Sequence record: Ga0307512_10019949
Source: a metagenome
Length of the DNA stretch: 6,088 nucleotides
Reading direction: 5' to 3' (one strand)
A model generated the notes under the pieces. That model was not told the DNA's origin. It searched no databases and saw only the letters and a list, made by a program, of their open reading frames with translations. Made by a program: the position numbers and the translations under genes. Shown in pieces: positions 5,291 to 6,088 of this stretch (within the stretch, counting starts at the first letter, position 1; the number at the start of each line of letters is the position of its first letter).

Positions 5291-5890
5291 ATTATAAATA
5301 ATGTATATATCATTGTGATCCCTACAATGGGATGCCTATTGGATGTCCTGATGCAACTACAATTACGCTGTGCTCCATGTCATCGTCAAAACCGGCTCAT
5401 CTTCCTCATTTTCCTCCTCATTGCCCGCCTCCTCTGTGCCCTCCTCCTCCTCCTCTTCCTCCCAAGTGACCCCTTCCTCCGCGGGAACCTCCTCATCCTC
5501 AGTATCCACGCAAGCATCTCCTTGCGTATTGGCTCGACGGCGTTTTAGATTGTGACTTGGCTCCGGTGGGGCTGATCTTGTGTTTCGTTCGAGATTGAAA
5601 TACCTGATGGCGCTGCAGAAGGTCCAGTATTTATGCACTGCGCACCACCATCTTGGTCATGGCAATGAAGTATGCACTCGGTTTTTGCTTTGAAACACTT
5701 GTAACGAACAGTCATTCAGTTGCCTTTACACCTACAACATACTTGGATGAGCTCAGCAGGGGACTGAAGACGAGCAGCTTCCCAAAGAGAAAGTTCTCGA
5801 TGTCTACCCTCTTTGAATGGCGGAATTTGATGTGGGATGGTAGATGTACGGCAGTCCATATTTTCAGTACGATAGAATCCGTGGAATGAA

Positions 5891-5962
5891 CTCAGTTGTG
5901 CTGTGAAGAATGTACTCAATTGTGCTGCGCTGAACGTATGCGGTTGCGCTGATTGAATTCAG
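5891..5962 (+). repeat. Three degenerate ~24-bp tandem repeats inside the element
   Basis: The three units are CTCAGTTGTGCTGTGAAGAATGTA, CTCAATTGTGCTGCGCTGAACGTATG and CGGTTGCGCTGATTGAATTCAG. They are followed by ACATACATGC x2 (5989-5998, 6009-6018) around GCATGC palindromes. Confidence 0.4.
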
Positions 5963-6040
5963 CTGGATAGATAGAGCCAGCTGAGTGTACATACATGCCA
6001 GTGCATGCACATACATGCGTGCAAAGCAGAGTATGTGTAA

Positions 6041-6088
6041 TTTTGACTGACTCCGCGAAAGAACTAGTCAGTTCACGGAGGTGGGGTA
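6041..6088 (-). repeat. Right arm of 48-bp inverted repeat (runs into the window end)
   Basis: Reverse-complement partner of 5243-5290. The left-side motif cluster at 5152-5242 predicts that the repeat continues past 6088. Confidence 0.9.

Larger units (their letters stand above)
5152..6088. mobile_element. Putative non-autonomous DNA transposon / foldback-like element with long motif-rich inverted termini (right end beyond the window)
   Basis: A 44/48 inverted repeat pairs 5243-5290 with 6041-6088. TTCACGG occurs at 5157, 5194, 5230, 5272 and 6072, and its complement CCGTGAA at 5212 and 5253. GTCCATTCACGGAG is a direct repeat (5152-5165, 5225-5238). CTAGTCAGTTCACGGAGG occurs at 5186-5203 and 6064-6081, and inverted at 5250-5267. 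The interior has only short, low-complexity ORFs. Confidence 0.5.

Noticed and set aside
5363-5638. Acidic 91-aa ORF (-) and overlapping 61-77-aa ORFs (+) inside the element
   Set aside because: Both strands are open because of a (GAG/GAA)n / (CTC/TTC)n low-complexity run. I could not join it to the upstream ORF 5716..5919 through the GTATGT site without hitting a stop. No domain motif was recognised.
1-6088. Prokaryotic-style features (CRISPR array, operon, defence island)
   Set aside because: The repeats are irregular in length and spacing and have no spacer architecture. The spliceosomal-type introns, the Pol III tRNA gene with T-run terminator, and the fungal NLR and hAT signatures all indicate a eukaryotic (fungal) origin.

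Overview
This window looks eukaryotic, most like a repeat-rich accessory region of a filamentous ascomycete, not a prokaryotic operon. It has 48-50 nt GT..AG introns, a Pol III tRNA gene and transposon debris. Supported content: (1) A minus-strand gene (809->118) encodes the N-terminal helical HeLo-like/SesA-type domain of fungal NLR/STAND proteins. It stops in the linker, where a GGACTGG-rich repeat begins. (2) Two more decayed copies of that NLR linker region lie at 3916-4173 (+) and 4968-5110 (-). They are inverted relative to each other and flank items 3 and 4. (3) A tRNA-Ala(AGC) gene sits at 4208-4279 (-). (4) A frameshifted C-terminal hAT-transposase remnant sits at 4399-4722 (+). (5) A ~1.3 kb GC-rich island (1925-3215) is built from short palindromic modules shared in both orientations and has no credible coding frame. 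(6) A window-truncated element (5152-6088) has 48-bp inverted repeats and seven TTCACGGAG motifs in nested palindromes. Apart from NLR exon 1 there is no convincing intact ORF, and most track ORFs look like compositional or antisense artefacts. All homology statements come from by-eye alignment and motif recall. None is a database result.
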